Positions 24,427 through 38,738 of a stretch of DNA of 64,000 nucleotides are shown here, one piece after another (the first letter of the stretch is position 1; each line of letters opens with the position of its first letter). The stretch comes from Anthoceros angustus. Its lineage: Eukaryota > Plantae > Anthocerotophyta. The translations under genes and the position numbers were made by a program. Below the pieces are notes generated by a model, which was given only the letters and a program-made list of their open reading frames with translations, had not been told where the DNA came from and ran no database searches. The stretch lies in assembly GCA_010909165.1 (NCBI GenBank), contig MU008186.1, positions 1 to 64,000 of the forward strand. The letters run 5' to 3'.

Positions 24427-24521
24427 GATGCAACATCTTCAGCCCTGGTGGTAAGTAGATGCAACATCTTCAGCCCTGGTGGTAAGTAGATGCAACATCT
24501 TCAGCCCCGGTGGTAAGTAGA
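24427..24521. repeat. 31 bp tandem repeat x3
   Basis: GATGCAACATCTTCAGCCCTGGTGGTAAGTA at 24427, 24458 and 24489. Confidence 0.95.
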
Positions 24522-26988
24522 CTCTTCCTCATTTCAGACTACGACATCTTGGGAGCATTACCTAGCTTCAGGGTAGACAATCACGAGGGTTAGTGCCCCT
24601 TGATCCGGAGTCCTCTAAAGGGTTGTTCCCCATCGCCCCCGTGTAGAAGAGACTTCCCATCTATGCAAATTTATAGAGTCTCCATTTCCCTCTACAACGT
24701 CATAGATGTACATCTAAATAAGTATAATTTTTATGATTACAAAAATAATACAATCAATCTTCTATTTATACTTAAATATGTAGCATGCTTTAAACAAAAG
24801 ATGAAGATAGATGGCAGATTCACTTAGCTTGGGAAGTAATGCCATGCTATCCAAGTAAATTATAATAAACTTCCTCCTTCTTTGGCAATCCACTAACTTT
24901 GCAATTCACTTGGCTATGTTGGAAGCATGCTTTGAGAACATCTTGAATTTAATTTTTTATTCTAGTGTGTGTATATTAATTATAATTTAACTATCAAATC
25001 TTCAGGATATGTTATATTAGTTAGCGCGGTGGAAAGTGTGTCGTATCCAGTAATACGAGTTAGGAGACGCAATCTGGAACAGCGTGCAGGATCAATGTCC
25101 GAGCAATAGGAGGGGGGACCGGCGGTCGACTCGGCGTGGTGGAAGTGGCAGGCTGCAGCGAGCCAGCAGCTACTTTTGCATGGCCCCACTTGTCCGATTG
25201 GCTCACCGCTACTTGGGACATGCAGGCTGGTTGTACCGCCGTGCCGTGTGGCCCCGCCACCGGTGACCGGTCACCGCTCCAGCCGGTAAGCTCACAATCG
25301 ACCTACATACGATGCAAAACATGGCAGCCCCGAATGGGCGTCCTCGGCACATAGCTACAGTCCACTTCTGCGCAACCCGCTCCAATCATTGCCGACGTCA
25401 TCGGGATAGCCAGCTGCAGAAATGGGCTCGGAACGCTTCCAGTCCCTGCTCTCCAACGGTTGTACGTAACCACCCACATACCCTGTTGCCCCCAGTATAA
25501 TATTAGCATACATACATACTCTCAAAATAATAACTGCGGGCAAAAGGAGCCTTTCTATCGCATCGATGAAAGGCCTCCTCTTTTCCTACAAAGCAGGCGA
25601 CGGCCTAGGGTTAGGGCTTGTGCCAGACAGCCCATCATTGTCTGTGTCTGCCTTCCTTCGTTCCAACTCCAGTAGACTGCATACAGCTAGCTCTCCACAT
25701 TGGGATTTCAACTCTATGTTGCCATCGTGGAAACCCCAAGATGGCGTGGTCACACTCCTGTGATATTCCCCATGTGGAGCTCCATTTTATTACCCTCTTC
25801 GCAGATGAAATAAGAAATACCCAAGGAGGTGGTCTTGACTCTTGGTCACAAGCGGCTAGCATATGGCTTGTTATGGTGTGTGAATCGATGACAGGGGCAG
25901 AAGTGGTCTCATGGGGAGTCTAATGGGAAGCAAAGGTAGGTACCTTTCCTTCTCCTCCGACTCCCCATTAGACCACTTCTGCATGCCATTGCGAATGCGA
26001 ATGCGAATGGAAGGGAGAAGTGATGGGACAGGGAAGGAATCGAGAGGAGGAGAAGCAAAGGTACAGAAAAGGCGTAACGGTGTGGCAGAGGAAGTAGAAG
26101 GGGTAACGGAATGTGCAATGTGGTACTTTAAGGGGCGGTCCCACAGGCCACTCGACTCACGCTTCCCGTCATCTAAAAGGGGCTGGGTGTCCGGCAACGT
26201 GGACGCCTGCTTCATCATGCGCCTTTTATCATCCCGTGGCAGGCGATTATGAAGGGACGCGGCTTGGCGCCCACCGGGAAGGTTCGAGGCCTGGCCGGAA
26301 GTTGGAGGAATCGGTCGCCGGGAAAACGAGAAACGAGAAAGATGGGGCCCACCGGGTAGCTACACCCTAGTGTACACCATGTACATGCAGGCCCAGCCGG
26401 GCGGGCATGGCGGATTCTGGAGTCTGGAGAAGCGCGCTTGCACACTGCACACGACGGGAAAAGGAAGGATCAATGTCCGACACAACAGGGAGCTTCCACC
26501 GACCATGGCTTGCGTGCGCCTTCGATCTTGCTTCGGCTTCGGAGGCAGGGGAACCGGAGCCTGCTTCTCCAAATCTCGGAAGACGAGCCCGGGGAGGGGA
26601 GTACATACAGCGTGGGCCTGCGCACTGTGCACTGTGCACTCCGCACGCAGTCTGTGTGCGGGCATTTCTGTCCTTCCCTGGCCGCGGTCCAGCCGGAGAG
26701 ATGGCATTCGGGGCATGGTGGCTCCGGATTGTGCTTGAATGGATCACAATTCTGATAACCCATGAAGTTTGCATACACTTAACTTGCATACATGTAACTT
26801 CTTACATGCCAACATGTGAAAATCCTAACTACATATTTTCTTTCACTTGTAGCAAAGCGGTAATTACACTCTACGAGTGAGTTACTCTTGCACAAGAACA
26901 TGTTGGTGAAGAGTTTATGGGACTTGAAGAAGAAAGAGAAACATCATGGGAGGACTTATTCTAGAAGAAAAGCATCATGAAATAACTT

Positions 26989-29089
26989 CTAATAAAAAGG
27001 GAAAACATCATCTAAAACTTCATCACATAAAAGAAACTTCTCATCATACATAATGCTTGACGAAGGCACAGAGGTAGCATGATTAGTTGCAGTGGCCGGG
27101 GAACACTTAGACGAAGATGGACCACTCGGAAGCATCTGTATACCGGCCAGTCTTGGATTGAAAGGACTTGTTGAATTAGGCTTTCGCTTGAGAAGCTCTT
27201 GGTACATCTTGAGCGTCTCAGACTTTCCATCCTCATCTTCACCTGGAGTATTTCCAGCATGAGGTATATGCATGTCAGGCGCATGAAGCATTTGCACATA
27301 TTTATCCAGTCTTCCATTGAAAGGACTCGTTGACATAAATGAAAGCTCCTCCTGTTCCTCGATTAGCTCAGTTTCTCCATCTGGAATGTTTCTAGCACTC
27401 TCATCATGCAGAGTTTGAGTGTTCATAGCATTCCCATCCTGCAAAGTTCTCGTTGAAGAAGATGAAGCATAATAGTTAGTTGCTGCAGACCAAATAGGAA
27501 GAGATGATGATGCAGTATACTTAGGAACATATAGTGGATCTATACGAGCATCTAAGTCTTGTGGAGTGTTCATAGCATTCTCATCCTGCAAAGCTCTCGT
27601 TGAAGAAGATGAAGCATAATAGTTAGTTGGTGCAGTCCAAATAGGAAGAGATGATGATGCGGTATACTTAGGAACATATAGTGGATCTATAAGAACATCT
27701 AAGTCTTGTGGAGTGTTCATAGCATTCTCATCCTGCAAAGTTCTTGTTGAAGAAGATGAAGCATAATAGTTAGTTGGTGCATACCAAATAGGAAGAGATG
27801 ATGATGCAGTATACTTAGGAGCATACAGTGGATCTATATGAGGATCTAAGTCTTGTGGAGTGTTCATAGCATTCTCATCCCGCAAAGTTCTCGAAGAAGA
27901 TGAAGCATAATAGTTAGTTCGCAGCACCAAATAGGAAGAGATGATGATGCAGATACTTAGGAACATATAGTGGATCTATACGAGCATCTAAGTCTTGTGG
28001 AGTGTTCATAGCATTCTCATCCCGCAAAGCTCTGAAGAAGATGAAGCATAATAGTTAGTTAGTGGGTCAAATAGGAAGAGATGATGATGCGGTATACTTA
28101 GGAACATATAGTGGATCTATAAGAACATCTAAGTCTTGTGGAGTGTTCATAGCATTCTCATCCTGCAAAGTTCTTGTTGAAGAAGATGAAGCATAATAGT
28201 TAGTTGGTGCATACCAAATAGGAAGAGATGATGATGCAGTATACTTAGGAGCATACAGTGGATCTATATGAGGATCTAAGTCTTGTGGAGTGTTCATAGC
28301 ATTCTCATCCTGCAAAGTTCTCGTTGAAGAAGATGAAGCATAATAGTTAGTTGCTGCAGACCAAATAGGAAGAGATGATGAAGCATAATAGTTAGTTGGT
28401 GGAGACCAAATAGGAAGAGATGATGAAGCATAATAATTAGTTGGTGGAGACCAAATAGGAAGAGATGATGATGCAGTATACTTAGGAACATATAATGGAT
28501 CTATATGAGCATCTAAGTCTTGTGGAGCATCCGGAAGAACAAGTTGTGGAGGCCTCGGCGGAAGAACAAATTGTGAAGGCCTCGGCGTAAGAACAAATTG
28601 TGGAGGCCTCGGCGGAAGAACAAGTTGTGGAGGCCTCTGCGGAAGAACAAATTGTGGAGGCCTCGGCGGAAGAGCAAATTGTGGAGGCCTCGGCGGAAGA
28701 ACAAATTGTGGAGGCCTCAGCGGAAGAACAAATTGTGGAGGCCTCGGTGGAAGAACAAATTGTGGAGGCCCCGACGGACAAATGATGGGAAGCTTAGCGT
28801 GGCATCCACTTGGAGCATTCGGAAGAAGAGGTCGGGGAGTGTTCTGTGGACGAATAACAGGAAGCTTTGCAGGGCGTTCACCTGGAGCATTCGGGAGAAG
28901 AGGTCGGGGAGTCCTCTGTGGACGGATAACCTGAAGCTTTGCCGGGCGTCCACTTGGGGCATTCGAAAGAAAAGATCGGGGAATCCTCCCCTGAGTACGC
29001 GGACGCTTGGGGATGCCTCCTTGTGGAACATCTGGCTGTGGTTTTTGTGGAGCTTGACTTGTCATCGGATCAGGTAGGGCTGCAATCAT
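26989..29089 (-). CDS. Repeat-built Pro/Ser-rich orphan protein, frameshifted near 27900-28070 (gene or pseudogene)
   Basis: ORFs 28067-29089 and 26989-27966 contain ~23 aa repeats, 9 aa repeats (PPRPPQFVL) and about seven ~50 aa repeats (PQDLD..IDPLYVPKYTASSSLPIW..TNYYASSSSTRTLQDENAMNT), with an acidic-aromatic C-terminus. Confidence 0.55.
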
Positions 29090-30043
29090 GCCAGGGCGTA
29101 AGTTAAGTTAGCCTTGGACATATCAAAAACAATTTGTAGAAGAATGAGTCAAATCGGAGAATGAAATATTTAAAAATATAACAGAGCAACACCCTATGAT
29201 GCAATCCATAAAAAATGAAAATCTAAAACAAAGCATCGCAAAGGTTGTACCAGAAGAAGCCAAATGAATAGCAAGAGATGGATATCCAAACCATTGGACT
29301 GCCTCATCATATATAGTCGAAAAATACGCAAGAAGTTATGATTAACTCGCTGGATGTTTCAACTTCTCGAGGAGTCTATATTATTTTTAATATAAAGATA
29401 AAATAAAATCTCTTGTTTAGAAGTGTGAAAAGAATTCAATGGAAACAAAAAAACTAATTTTTGTTTTTTTGACATCCCGCAGATTAGAATCCCGAGCAAG
29501 AAAAGCCTAAGAGCTAGAACTTTGCTGCGAAGGCCGTCGACGACCCCACACCATCAAAACAAATGCTGACCATACACTACCCCTACCCTATCAAAAACAA
29601 CCGAAACACGAGAAGTATGTGACTCTCGACTACCACTCTCTCCTAAACTCCTAAACGCAAAGAGGTTATTCAACATATTCCACAACTTCGAATCAAACAA
29701 GGAGGAGGTATCCATCCAAGCCCTGCAAATTCCCTTCCCACGCCATGTCAAGAGCATGAGTCTTTAAACGCAAGGTTGGGATAATTTGGGCATCCGTATC
29801 CTCCATGGAGATACCATCCCACCACATCGCATTATGTATTGCGCGCTTGGTGGACGCATGTAACATGGCAAATGGGGCGGGTTAGGGTTAGGGTTAGGGC
29901 TTGATGGACGACAGCACATGGCGCGGAAGGGCCAGGGTGGGTTGGCCGGATGAGGAGGGTATAAAGCAGCTCATGATTGGGTTTGTCTGCCAGGCTCGCG
30001 GAGCTGGGCAGCTGCACGTGAAGGCGTGAAGGCGGAATGCGCG

Positions 30044-30107
30044 AGTTCGCGAGTTCCCGAGTTCCCGAGTTCCCGAGTTCCCGAGTTCCCGAGTTCCCGA
30101 GTTCCCA
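30044..30107. repeat. 8 bp tandem repeat (GAGTTCCC)n
   Basis: Directly visible, followed by GGGAAC and GTGCCG short arrays at 30218-30290. Confidence 0.9.
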
Positions 30108-32733
30108 GCCCAGTCCCGAATCCCGATTGTGGTGTCTCAGGAGGGATTTTGACAGTCCTTTTCTACCGCAACAAGGTTTAAAATTATTAATAAAAAGGTG
30201 GAGCAAGTGCAAGTGCAACGGGAACGGGAACGGGGACGGGAACGGGAACGGAAAGGGCGTGCCGGTGCCGGTGCCGGTGGCCGTGCCGGCCACCGGCCTT
30301 CCGTGCCTGTAGCCCGTACTTGTGTCGTCGTAGAGCGGCGACAGACAGGCTTCTCCACCGCTTCACCCACCAACACTAACGGGCTGGCGTCAGGTGGAGG
30401 CGCTGGCGCTGGGCCCACGCTACATCATTCATCATCCAAAAAGAGGCAGCAGCCAGCCGGTTGCCACAGCCATCGAAATACCATTAAATTATTGCTCCGC
30501 TCCGTCGGCCCCCCGGCCCCCCCGGCTCCTTCCCCTTTTCATTCGCACTCCATTTTACCGCCTGCCCTCCCCCCCGCGCGTACCGCGGACCGCGGACCGC
30601 GGACGCGCTTCGCCCCTTTTAAAACTGATTCAATTAACATGAGTTTAATTATTGCTCGTACGCAACAGACTCTCCTCTTCTTCATCTGCTTTGGACACTC
30701 GAATCCTTCTTTTCGCTTAGAGTCCATTCTTCCATTGGAGATTAGGATATTGGATGAGATGCACAGGAATGCGAAGAATTTTCTTCCTTGGGGAAAAATA
30801 GGGTGAACCCATCTACAACTCCTACAATGTCATAGAGAAAAAGAAGCTTTGTTCCGGGAGTTTGATTGACTTGTTCGCGCTCTATCTTGTAGTAGTCCAT
30901 TCTTTTCCGAGGTGTATTTATTGTATTACTTCTCTTTCATGACAAATGTATTCCATCCTGTGCAGAAGAGAAGAAGAAAAGAAGAAGAAGTTTGCTCTAT
31001 CTAGTCCTTGGAAAACGGATGACCATCAAGAGATAGTGACGTGGGAATCTATGATCGGAGCCACTATTCTCTCTCTCCCTCATGTGGTCTGTTTTGCCAT
31101 TAGGTGCACATACGTGCATCTGTCTCTTCCTTCCGTGGTCCATTCGAACTTTGGAATGTCCATGCTTTTCCATCTCTTCCATCCTCCGTGGTCCATTTTC
31201 ACCCTCTGATACATGGATGTAACATGTCTTCTTCCCTTCCCTTCCCTTTCCGTTCCTTTCCTTTGGTTTCCTTCCGTGGTCCATCCGGCCATCGCTTGTA
31301 CTCTTCCGTGGTGCACTTGTGGGTGGCTCTCTTTCACCGTGAGTCTATTGTTCACGTGGAGGGGCGTCTCGACTCACGTCCAGGTCCAGGTCTTTGTGCT
31401 TGCGGTTCATCTAATCCATGTTCACCTAATCCACATTCATGTAATCCAAGTTGCTCATCCAACCCATGTTTGATCCAACCCGGCCCGCACCTCGAAGCAA
31501 CGTGCGTTTTACATGCTCTGCGAATCGCAAACCCGCCATCCGGAAGACATGGCACCGGCTGCAGATATACAACCAGGTGCCAGCCGGTAAGTGGGCCAAG
31601 CTCGCGGGAGCCGATTTTCTGGCTACCTTTTGGGACCCATCATTTGACGCCGGCTAATGGGCTGATGAAGGCGGCCTGATCATGCCCCGCGCTAATGTCT
31701 CCACCAACGTGGCGTCGGCCGGGGTTGACCGAGCCGCACCGGTTGCTCCCGGTCGCCGGTGGGCGTCATCTCGATGCTGCCTGTGCCGACTGGCTTGAGC
31801 TGAGCCCAACATAAATCCGAGGCAGCCTGCGGCGTCTGCCCAAATGCGATCCTGTTGCTGCTGTATTCTTCCTCCTCGTCGTTTTGTGGTAAGCCACTCG
31901 TCGATCCCGCTGCCCTCTCTCTCCCCCCAGTCTGCTGTTGCTGTTGCTGTTGCTGCTCCTGCATCCGCTTCTGTTGCTGCGCCGCCGCCCGCTTCACTCC
32001 GAGATGTGGCCTCCCCCCGCTCCCTGCGCCTCCGGATTCCTCCTCCCTTCCCATTCCCGCCTCCCCTGATCGTTCCTCCCACCGTGCGCCTGCGCGCGCG
32101 CAGAATTTGAGCTGGGTTTTTTCTCCTCTTTCCAACGACACCCCGCCCACCTCGGGCCGGTGGGAATTCCAGCCTCTGCCTTTCTGCTCCCCAGGCCTTC
32201 CGTTCCCGGAGGAAGGGGGAAGAATTTGCATGTCGGGTCGGTCTCAAGAGAGGAATTTTGTGTCGGGTTGCGCTGCTTCTGCTTCTGCTTCTGCCTGTTG
32301 CTGTGCTGGTGCTGGTGCTGGTGCTGTTGTCAAGTTCTTGTTGGTGTCGTCGTTGTTGTGGTGGTCGTGGCTGTAGTGGTCGACGTCTTCGTCGTTGTTG
32401 CTGTGAGCTCTTTCAAACTCGTGTCTTGGATCGAAGCTGTGAATTTGCGCAAGTCTTGCTCTCCAATTTGGAGTGGCATTCCTTGGGTTTGGGAATTTGT
32501 GCCGGTCCCGCCCTTTCCGCAATCTCGTCTCGAACCTGTGGGCTTGCGGATTTGTGGGAGCTGAAGGTGAGTTGTTGTATGCATGCGGTGTTTTTTCCCA
32601 CCTCGGGTTTCCGTTTCCTCTTTCCTTTACCGAGAACTGCGAGCTCGGTATGCTTGAAGCTCCGTTGCTCAAGGCTATATATTTTTGTGGGTGCTCGCAG
32701 GAAGGCTGCTTAAGGAAACCGGAGTCCGGATTT

Positions 32734-34735
32734 ATGGAAACCGTGGAGCTGGAACAGGCCGCCATTCAGCGGGTGGTGCCTGGGAATCCTCTGCTCCCTG
32801 CAAAGCCCAGACGTGGTAGGAGACAAACGATCACGCACTTGGAGCGAGAGAAGAAGAACGGGGTTGGGTTTTGGTTTGTTGCCTCGGTTTTGCTCAATCT
32901 TGCCTTCTCTGCAGCAATGATGCTCGGGAAGAGCAACAACACGGAGGCGAAAAAGATGGACAAGAGTCAGGCCAACGGCACAGCTCCAGTTACCGTTCTC
33001 AAGTCTTCCGTTGAGGAGAAGCCATTGGCCTCCCTATGCAAAGCATGCTTCCGCGGGACGGACTGCTCGGATGTGGAACACACCTGTGTGATTAATCTGG
33101 ACCAGTAAGTGATGAATGAATGAAGTGAGTTATGCAGTCAATCAGTGTCTGTCACGCATGAATCACTCCTGTGTCCTTGTCCTCGATCGTCCTTGTCCTT
33201 GTCCTGGGCTGTGCTTTCAATGGCGGTGTGTTTGCGTTGCTGATGATTGGCGGTGTTGGGCAGTGGGGATCCCAAGATGTACGAGGCCCACTGGCAGCAC
33301 AGAGGGGAGGAGAGCACTGTCACCATCCTGGGATGGCAGAAGATGAGCTACTTCGCTGATTTCCAACAGTTCTTTTTCGTGGAGAAGGACCTGGTGGAGC
33401 AGATCCGAGCTCTGCATAAGGTCGTGGGCAACGCAGTGACCGAAGGTAGGCACATTGTGGTGGGCGCTGGCTCCACCCAGCTCTTGCAGGCCGCTCTCTA
33501 CGCCCTTTCTCCTGACGACGGGCCTGCCATCAGCGTCATCTCCTCTGTGCCCTACTACTCTGTAAGATGCTGCCACCGTGTGTCTCCTTGCTTCTTCTGC
33601 TGCTTCTTCTTGCAACATGCCTCATGTGAGTGATGACAATCTGGATGTATGTGATGGCATGCATGGCCAGTGCTACCAATCCATCGCCACAATGTTCAAG
33701 TCAAGACTGTACCAGTGGCAAGGAGATGCAGCCACCTTCCTCGAGGCCAGCCCCGACGAGCCTTACATCCAGATGGTGGCCTCGCCCAACAATCCAGACG
33801 GAAGCATGACTCACGACATCTTGAAAGACTCGGGAACAGGAAATTCCGGGAAAGGCATCTTCGATCTGGCCTACTTCTGGCCTCAGTACACGCCCATCTC
33901 AGCTCCTGCCGACCACGACGTCATGCTCTTCACCCTATCCAAGGCCACGGGCCATGCAGGCACAAGAATCGGGTACGTATAGCAGGCATGGCAGAGCCAT
34001 CCATCCCCTGCTTTGCCACACATGCAGCGACTTTCCTGAACCTTCTTTCGTGTCTCTGATGCGGCTCGCATCGCCTGCAATTTGTTGTGCAGGTGGGCGA
34101 TTGTGAGGGACGAGGCGCTGGCCAGGAAAATGGCAACCTACATCGAGGTGGGCAGCATCGGGGTGTCCCAGGACTCCCAGGTCCGAGCCACCCAGATTCT
34201 GAAGGTGGTGACGAAGCACGCTGTCAAACAGCTGGGCCACCCTGCGGTGCATGTGAATTCGGTGGGGGAGCTGCAAGAAATCAGTTTCCTGCAGAACCAG
34301 GACATGTTCGGATTCGCGTCTTCCATCATGAGCTACCGCTGGAGCCGCCTCCGGAAGGCTCTTCAAGGCAGCAAGAGATTCCGGATCCCGCAATACACTC
34401 CAGAACACTGCACATTTTTTGGTCGCGTCGCCACCCCTGCTCCAGGTCCGTCTTTCGTCCTGCACATCCTCATCGTTTTTGTGACATGTGCTTGCTGCTC
34501 ACTTGCATTGATGCTCACCTTGCTTGCTGCCTTCTTGTCCGCAGCTTTCTTGTGGCTCGAGTGCCTGGTGGAGGAGAACTGCTGGCAGGTGCTCAAGGAT
34601 GCCAACATTGTGTCCAGGCGTGGAAGTTTGTTCGGAGCGGAGATGAAGTTTGCCCGCATAAGCATGGTGGATCGAAATGAAGGCTTTGAGATATTCGTGG
34701 ATAGGATTGCCCGGCTCTCCCACGAGCTGGACTGA
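32734..34735 (+). CDS. TAR: Tryptophan aminotransferase-related protein (TAA1/TAR family, alliinase-like PLP enzyme), 5 exons
   Basis: Exons ~32734-33104, 33264-33561, 33671-33972, 34093-34445, 34545-34735 with GT-AG introns. Motifs INLDHGDP, IVVGAGSTQL, SPNNPDG, DLAYFWP, FTLSKATGHAGTRIGW (PLP lysine), plus an N-terminal hydrophobic helix. Confidence 0.93.
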
Positions 34736-35468
34736 AGAGGGGGACAAAAAACAAGGCTCGAATCCCTGGAGGGGGAAGGGGAGTGGATTGCGCTCGTTCT
34801 TCACCGATTTACGTGTCTTTTCTGTTGCAATTCCATTCCTAAGACTCCACAAAACTGATCTATGACGGCATCCAGAGGTTATGGATACCTCTCGCCGCCT
34901 GACATAGCTGCCCGCATGGGCTGCCATGCCGAGCAAGTGACATTGGACTTGTGATTGAGGCTGGCAAATTTTTGTGTATAGGTATGTGTAGCGGATGTAG
35001 GTAGAGATTTCATCTGCCATAAGGCAAATGTCTTCTCACCAGAGACGAGAGATTTGCAGCTAAGTTCACCGCCAAGTCCATGGTGATCCGATCTGCCTCT
35101 TGATATATATAACATGCAAAAAAATCTAACACGATGGAATAAAGTATAGCAGGCATCGTCTCAACTCAAGTTGGACGATGCACTGTTAGGAACGAAAGCG
35201 TCGAAGCATCAGCAGCAAAAGCAAAAGCAGCAGCAGCAGGAGTGGCATCAGCTGCCTTGCAATGCTGCTGCCGCGGTTTCGCAGGTTGCCCTGCATACCT
35301 GCATGTCTTTTAACTGTACAGACCCATCGAGAAAGAAAGCATCGCTGATGAAACATTCTGTGATCGAGAAAGGAAGCATCGCTGATGAAACATAGTGAAA
35401 ACTAGGGCTTGTGTATCTCGCGTGTGTGAGGAGGAAGGAGACCGGATCGAGCATCGAGCGTGGTTAGG

Positions 35469-37981
35469 ATGCCAAGCGAAGATGGAGGAGGAGGAGGTCC
35501 GGGTGGCCTGGCCAATGGCGCAGGGATGCTGGACCAGATCCGGAACCTGACAGACATGGGGCAGATGACGCGGCTGCTGCACGAGACCATCGCGTACGAG
35601 AGGTCGATAGATCGGGAATTGGAGGCACTTCTGGGCCAGCGGCACGATCTGGACAAGAAGCTGAATGGCCTGCACAAGGCGTCGGAGATGCTGGAGCTGG
35701 TGCGGGCGGACTCGGACCAGATGCTGGCCAGTGTCAGGTCTACCTGCGATCTGGCAGATCATGTGTCGGTGAAGGTGCGGGAGCTGGACCTGGCACAGTC
35801 CAGGGTGCAGGCCACGCTGCAGAGGATCGATGTGATTGTGGATCGGACGAATTGCATCGACGGCACAAAGCAGGCTCTGGAGGCGGAGGACTACGAGGCG
35901 GCTGCCAAGTACGTGGAGACGTTCCTGCAGCTGGACGAGGAGTACAGTGATGTGCTGCTGGAGGGAGCGGCAGGGTTCAGGAGGGGCGGGGATGTGGCCG
36001 GGGTCGGGGAGCGTGAGACGGCGGCCGAGCAGCGGAGGCAGCTGCTGGAGTCGAAGGAGACGCTGGAGGCTCTGGTGAGGAAGAAGTTCTCTGCGGCAGT
36101 GGAGAATCGGGATCACGTTACGGTAGTGAGGTTCGTGAAGCTGTATCCGCCGCTGGGGCTGCAGGAGGAAGGGTTGAGGTCGTATGTGGCCTATCTCAGG
36201 AAGGTGATAGCTTTGAGAGCCAAGGAAGAGTACGATGCCGCGGTGGAAACCGCGACCAAGCAGGCTGCGCGGGTGGGATCAGGTCTGGTCAGGGTTCCCG
36301 CATTTGTGGAGGTGCTGAATAGTCTCTTCAGGGACATTGCGCTGGCCGTTGAGGACAATGAGGATTTGCTGAGGGATCTGCTCGGAGAGGATGCTGTTGC
36401 TTATGCTATTCGGGAGCTTCAGGAGGAATGTGATTCTAGGGGCACTCTGATTCTGAAGAAGTACATGGATTTCCGACGGCTTGCTCGGCTTTCCAAGGAT
36501 ATTTCCTCTGTCAACAGAAACGCTGTTGCTGGGCCTGGTGCTGAGCCCCCAGACCCTCGGGATATCGAAGGCTACTTGGAAGAGATGCTCTTGCTCAGCC
36601 AGATCAGTGAAGAGTTCACCTCTTTCATGAACACAAGGCTTAGGGAATCTGCGTCAGCTGGTGCACAGCTTAGCCCCCGAGCTGGCAATGCTTTCAAAAC
36701 TGGTGTCTTCAATCGCGCAGTTCAGGAGTTGTCAGGCTACTACATCATTCTGGAGGAATTTTTCATGGTGGAAAATGTTAGGAAAGCCATCAAGATCGAT
36801 GAGCCTGGGGATGGACTGACCACGTCCATCGTTGACGATGTCTTTTTTGTTCTTCAGAGCTGCTCAAGACGGGCTATCTCTACCTCAAATGTTCAGGTGA
36901 GTCTCTTATTCTCGACTGCTTATGTGTTGCAGTGTTTCGTCATCTTCGTGAAGGTGGTTGAGGAGTTATTCCTGGGATTGTTCTGTCCTCAGGTGGTGAT
37001 TGCAGCCCTAAACTATGCAAACAATCTTCTGAATAACGAGTTTTACGAAGCTATTCAGAGGAAGATAAGGGAACCCAATCTGGTGTCACGACTGTTTGTC
37101 GGTGGAGCTGGTGTTGTGAAAGTTGGAACCGAGGTGGCAACTGCCCTCAATAACATTGATGTCAGCACAGAGTACGTGATGAAGCTAAAACATGAGATCG
37201 AAGAGCACTGTCAAGAGGTAAGTTTCAGCATAGCTCTTGCACTCAACTTATGCACCTGCAGTGTCTGTCTCCAAACTCAAAAGGTTTGCTTTGAGGCCAT
37301 CGCGGAGGTTTTTCTGCCTGTCTCCTCTGACACAAGGAGTTTATGCAACAGACGTTTTCAGCGCCAGCCGAAAGAGAGAAAATAAAATCATGCCTTGCTG
37401 ACTTTGTTGACACAAGCAACTCGTTGAAGCAGTTGCTCAATGTGGGAATGGAACTGTTAGCGAACAGCATCACTCCTCGGCTTCGTGGCGTGGTTGATGC
37501 TGTTGGCACAGTCAGCTATGAATTGACAGATGCACAGTATGCAGAAAACGAGGTCAATGATCCATGGGTGCAGAAGCTGCTTCATGCAGTTGAAAGCAGT
37601 GTCTCATGGTTGCAGCCAGTGCTGACGAGCAACAACTATGATTCCCTGGTGCATCTGATCATTGAATTCCTCGCGAAGAGGCTGGAGGCTATCATGCAAC
37701 AAAAGAGATTTAATCAACTTGGCGGCTTACAATTGGACCGGGATGCTCGGACATTGGTTGGCCACTTTTCTGGTATGACACAGCGAACCGTGAGGGACAA
37801 GTTTGCCCGTCTGACCCAGATTGCAACCATCTTGAATCTAGAGAAGGTGGCAGAAATTTTGGATTACTGGGGAGAAAACTCTGGCCCCATGACATGGAGA
37901 CTCACTCCTGCTGATGTTCGGCGCATTCTGAGCCTTAGGGTAGACTTCAAGCCTGAGGCAATAGCAGCTCTCAAGCTGTAG
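35469..37981 (+). CDS. COG4: Conserved oligomeric Golgi complex subunit 4, 3 exons
   Basis: VSVKVRELDLAQSRV, MVENVRKAIKIDE, VDDVFFVLQSCSRRA, FNQLGGLQLDRDAR, RDKFARLTQIATILNLE, WRLTPADVRRILSLRVDF. Introns at 36897-36992 and 37218-37351. Confidence 0.96.
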
Positions 37982-38143
37982 CCCCGTGCAGCTTTATACA
38001 TGAATCTGTATCACTATACGGGGATTCCTACTGTCCAGGCGTGCTAGCTAAACGCAGCATATTGCAGACCGGGGAAATTCCAGGCAGCTGAAGACGAGCT
38101 ACAAGTCAGTTTATGAAAGAGGCTACGGAATACATTCGCGTGC

Positions 38144-38683
<540 letters not shown>

Positions 38684-38738
38684 TCAATGGAAAAAAAAAG
38701 TTTTCTTTAGACTCTCAAGTATAGGTAGACATTTTCGA

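Noticed and set aside
25060-26880. Cluster of short ORFs in the GC-rich stretch
   Set aside because: There is no consistent frame, domain or splice pattern that I can support.
29090-29335. Faint AP2-domain resemblance upstream of the repeat ORF (LAYFSTIYDEAVQWFG)
   Set aside because: It lacks the YRGVR, WLG and AARAYD core and is bounded by stops, so it is too weak to call.
29878-29900. (TTAGGG)3 telomere-like tract
   Set aside because: Only three units, more likely a telo-box-like or chance microsatellite than an interstitial telomere.
31654-32765. Long overlapping ORFs with poly-Q, poly-C and poly-V tracts upstream of TAR
   Set aside because: They are explained by GC-rich promoter/5' UTR microsatellites (CTG, CTGTTG, GCTTCT) and show no recognisable domain.
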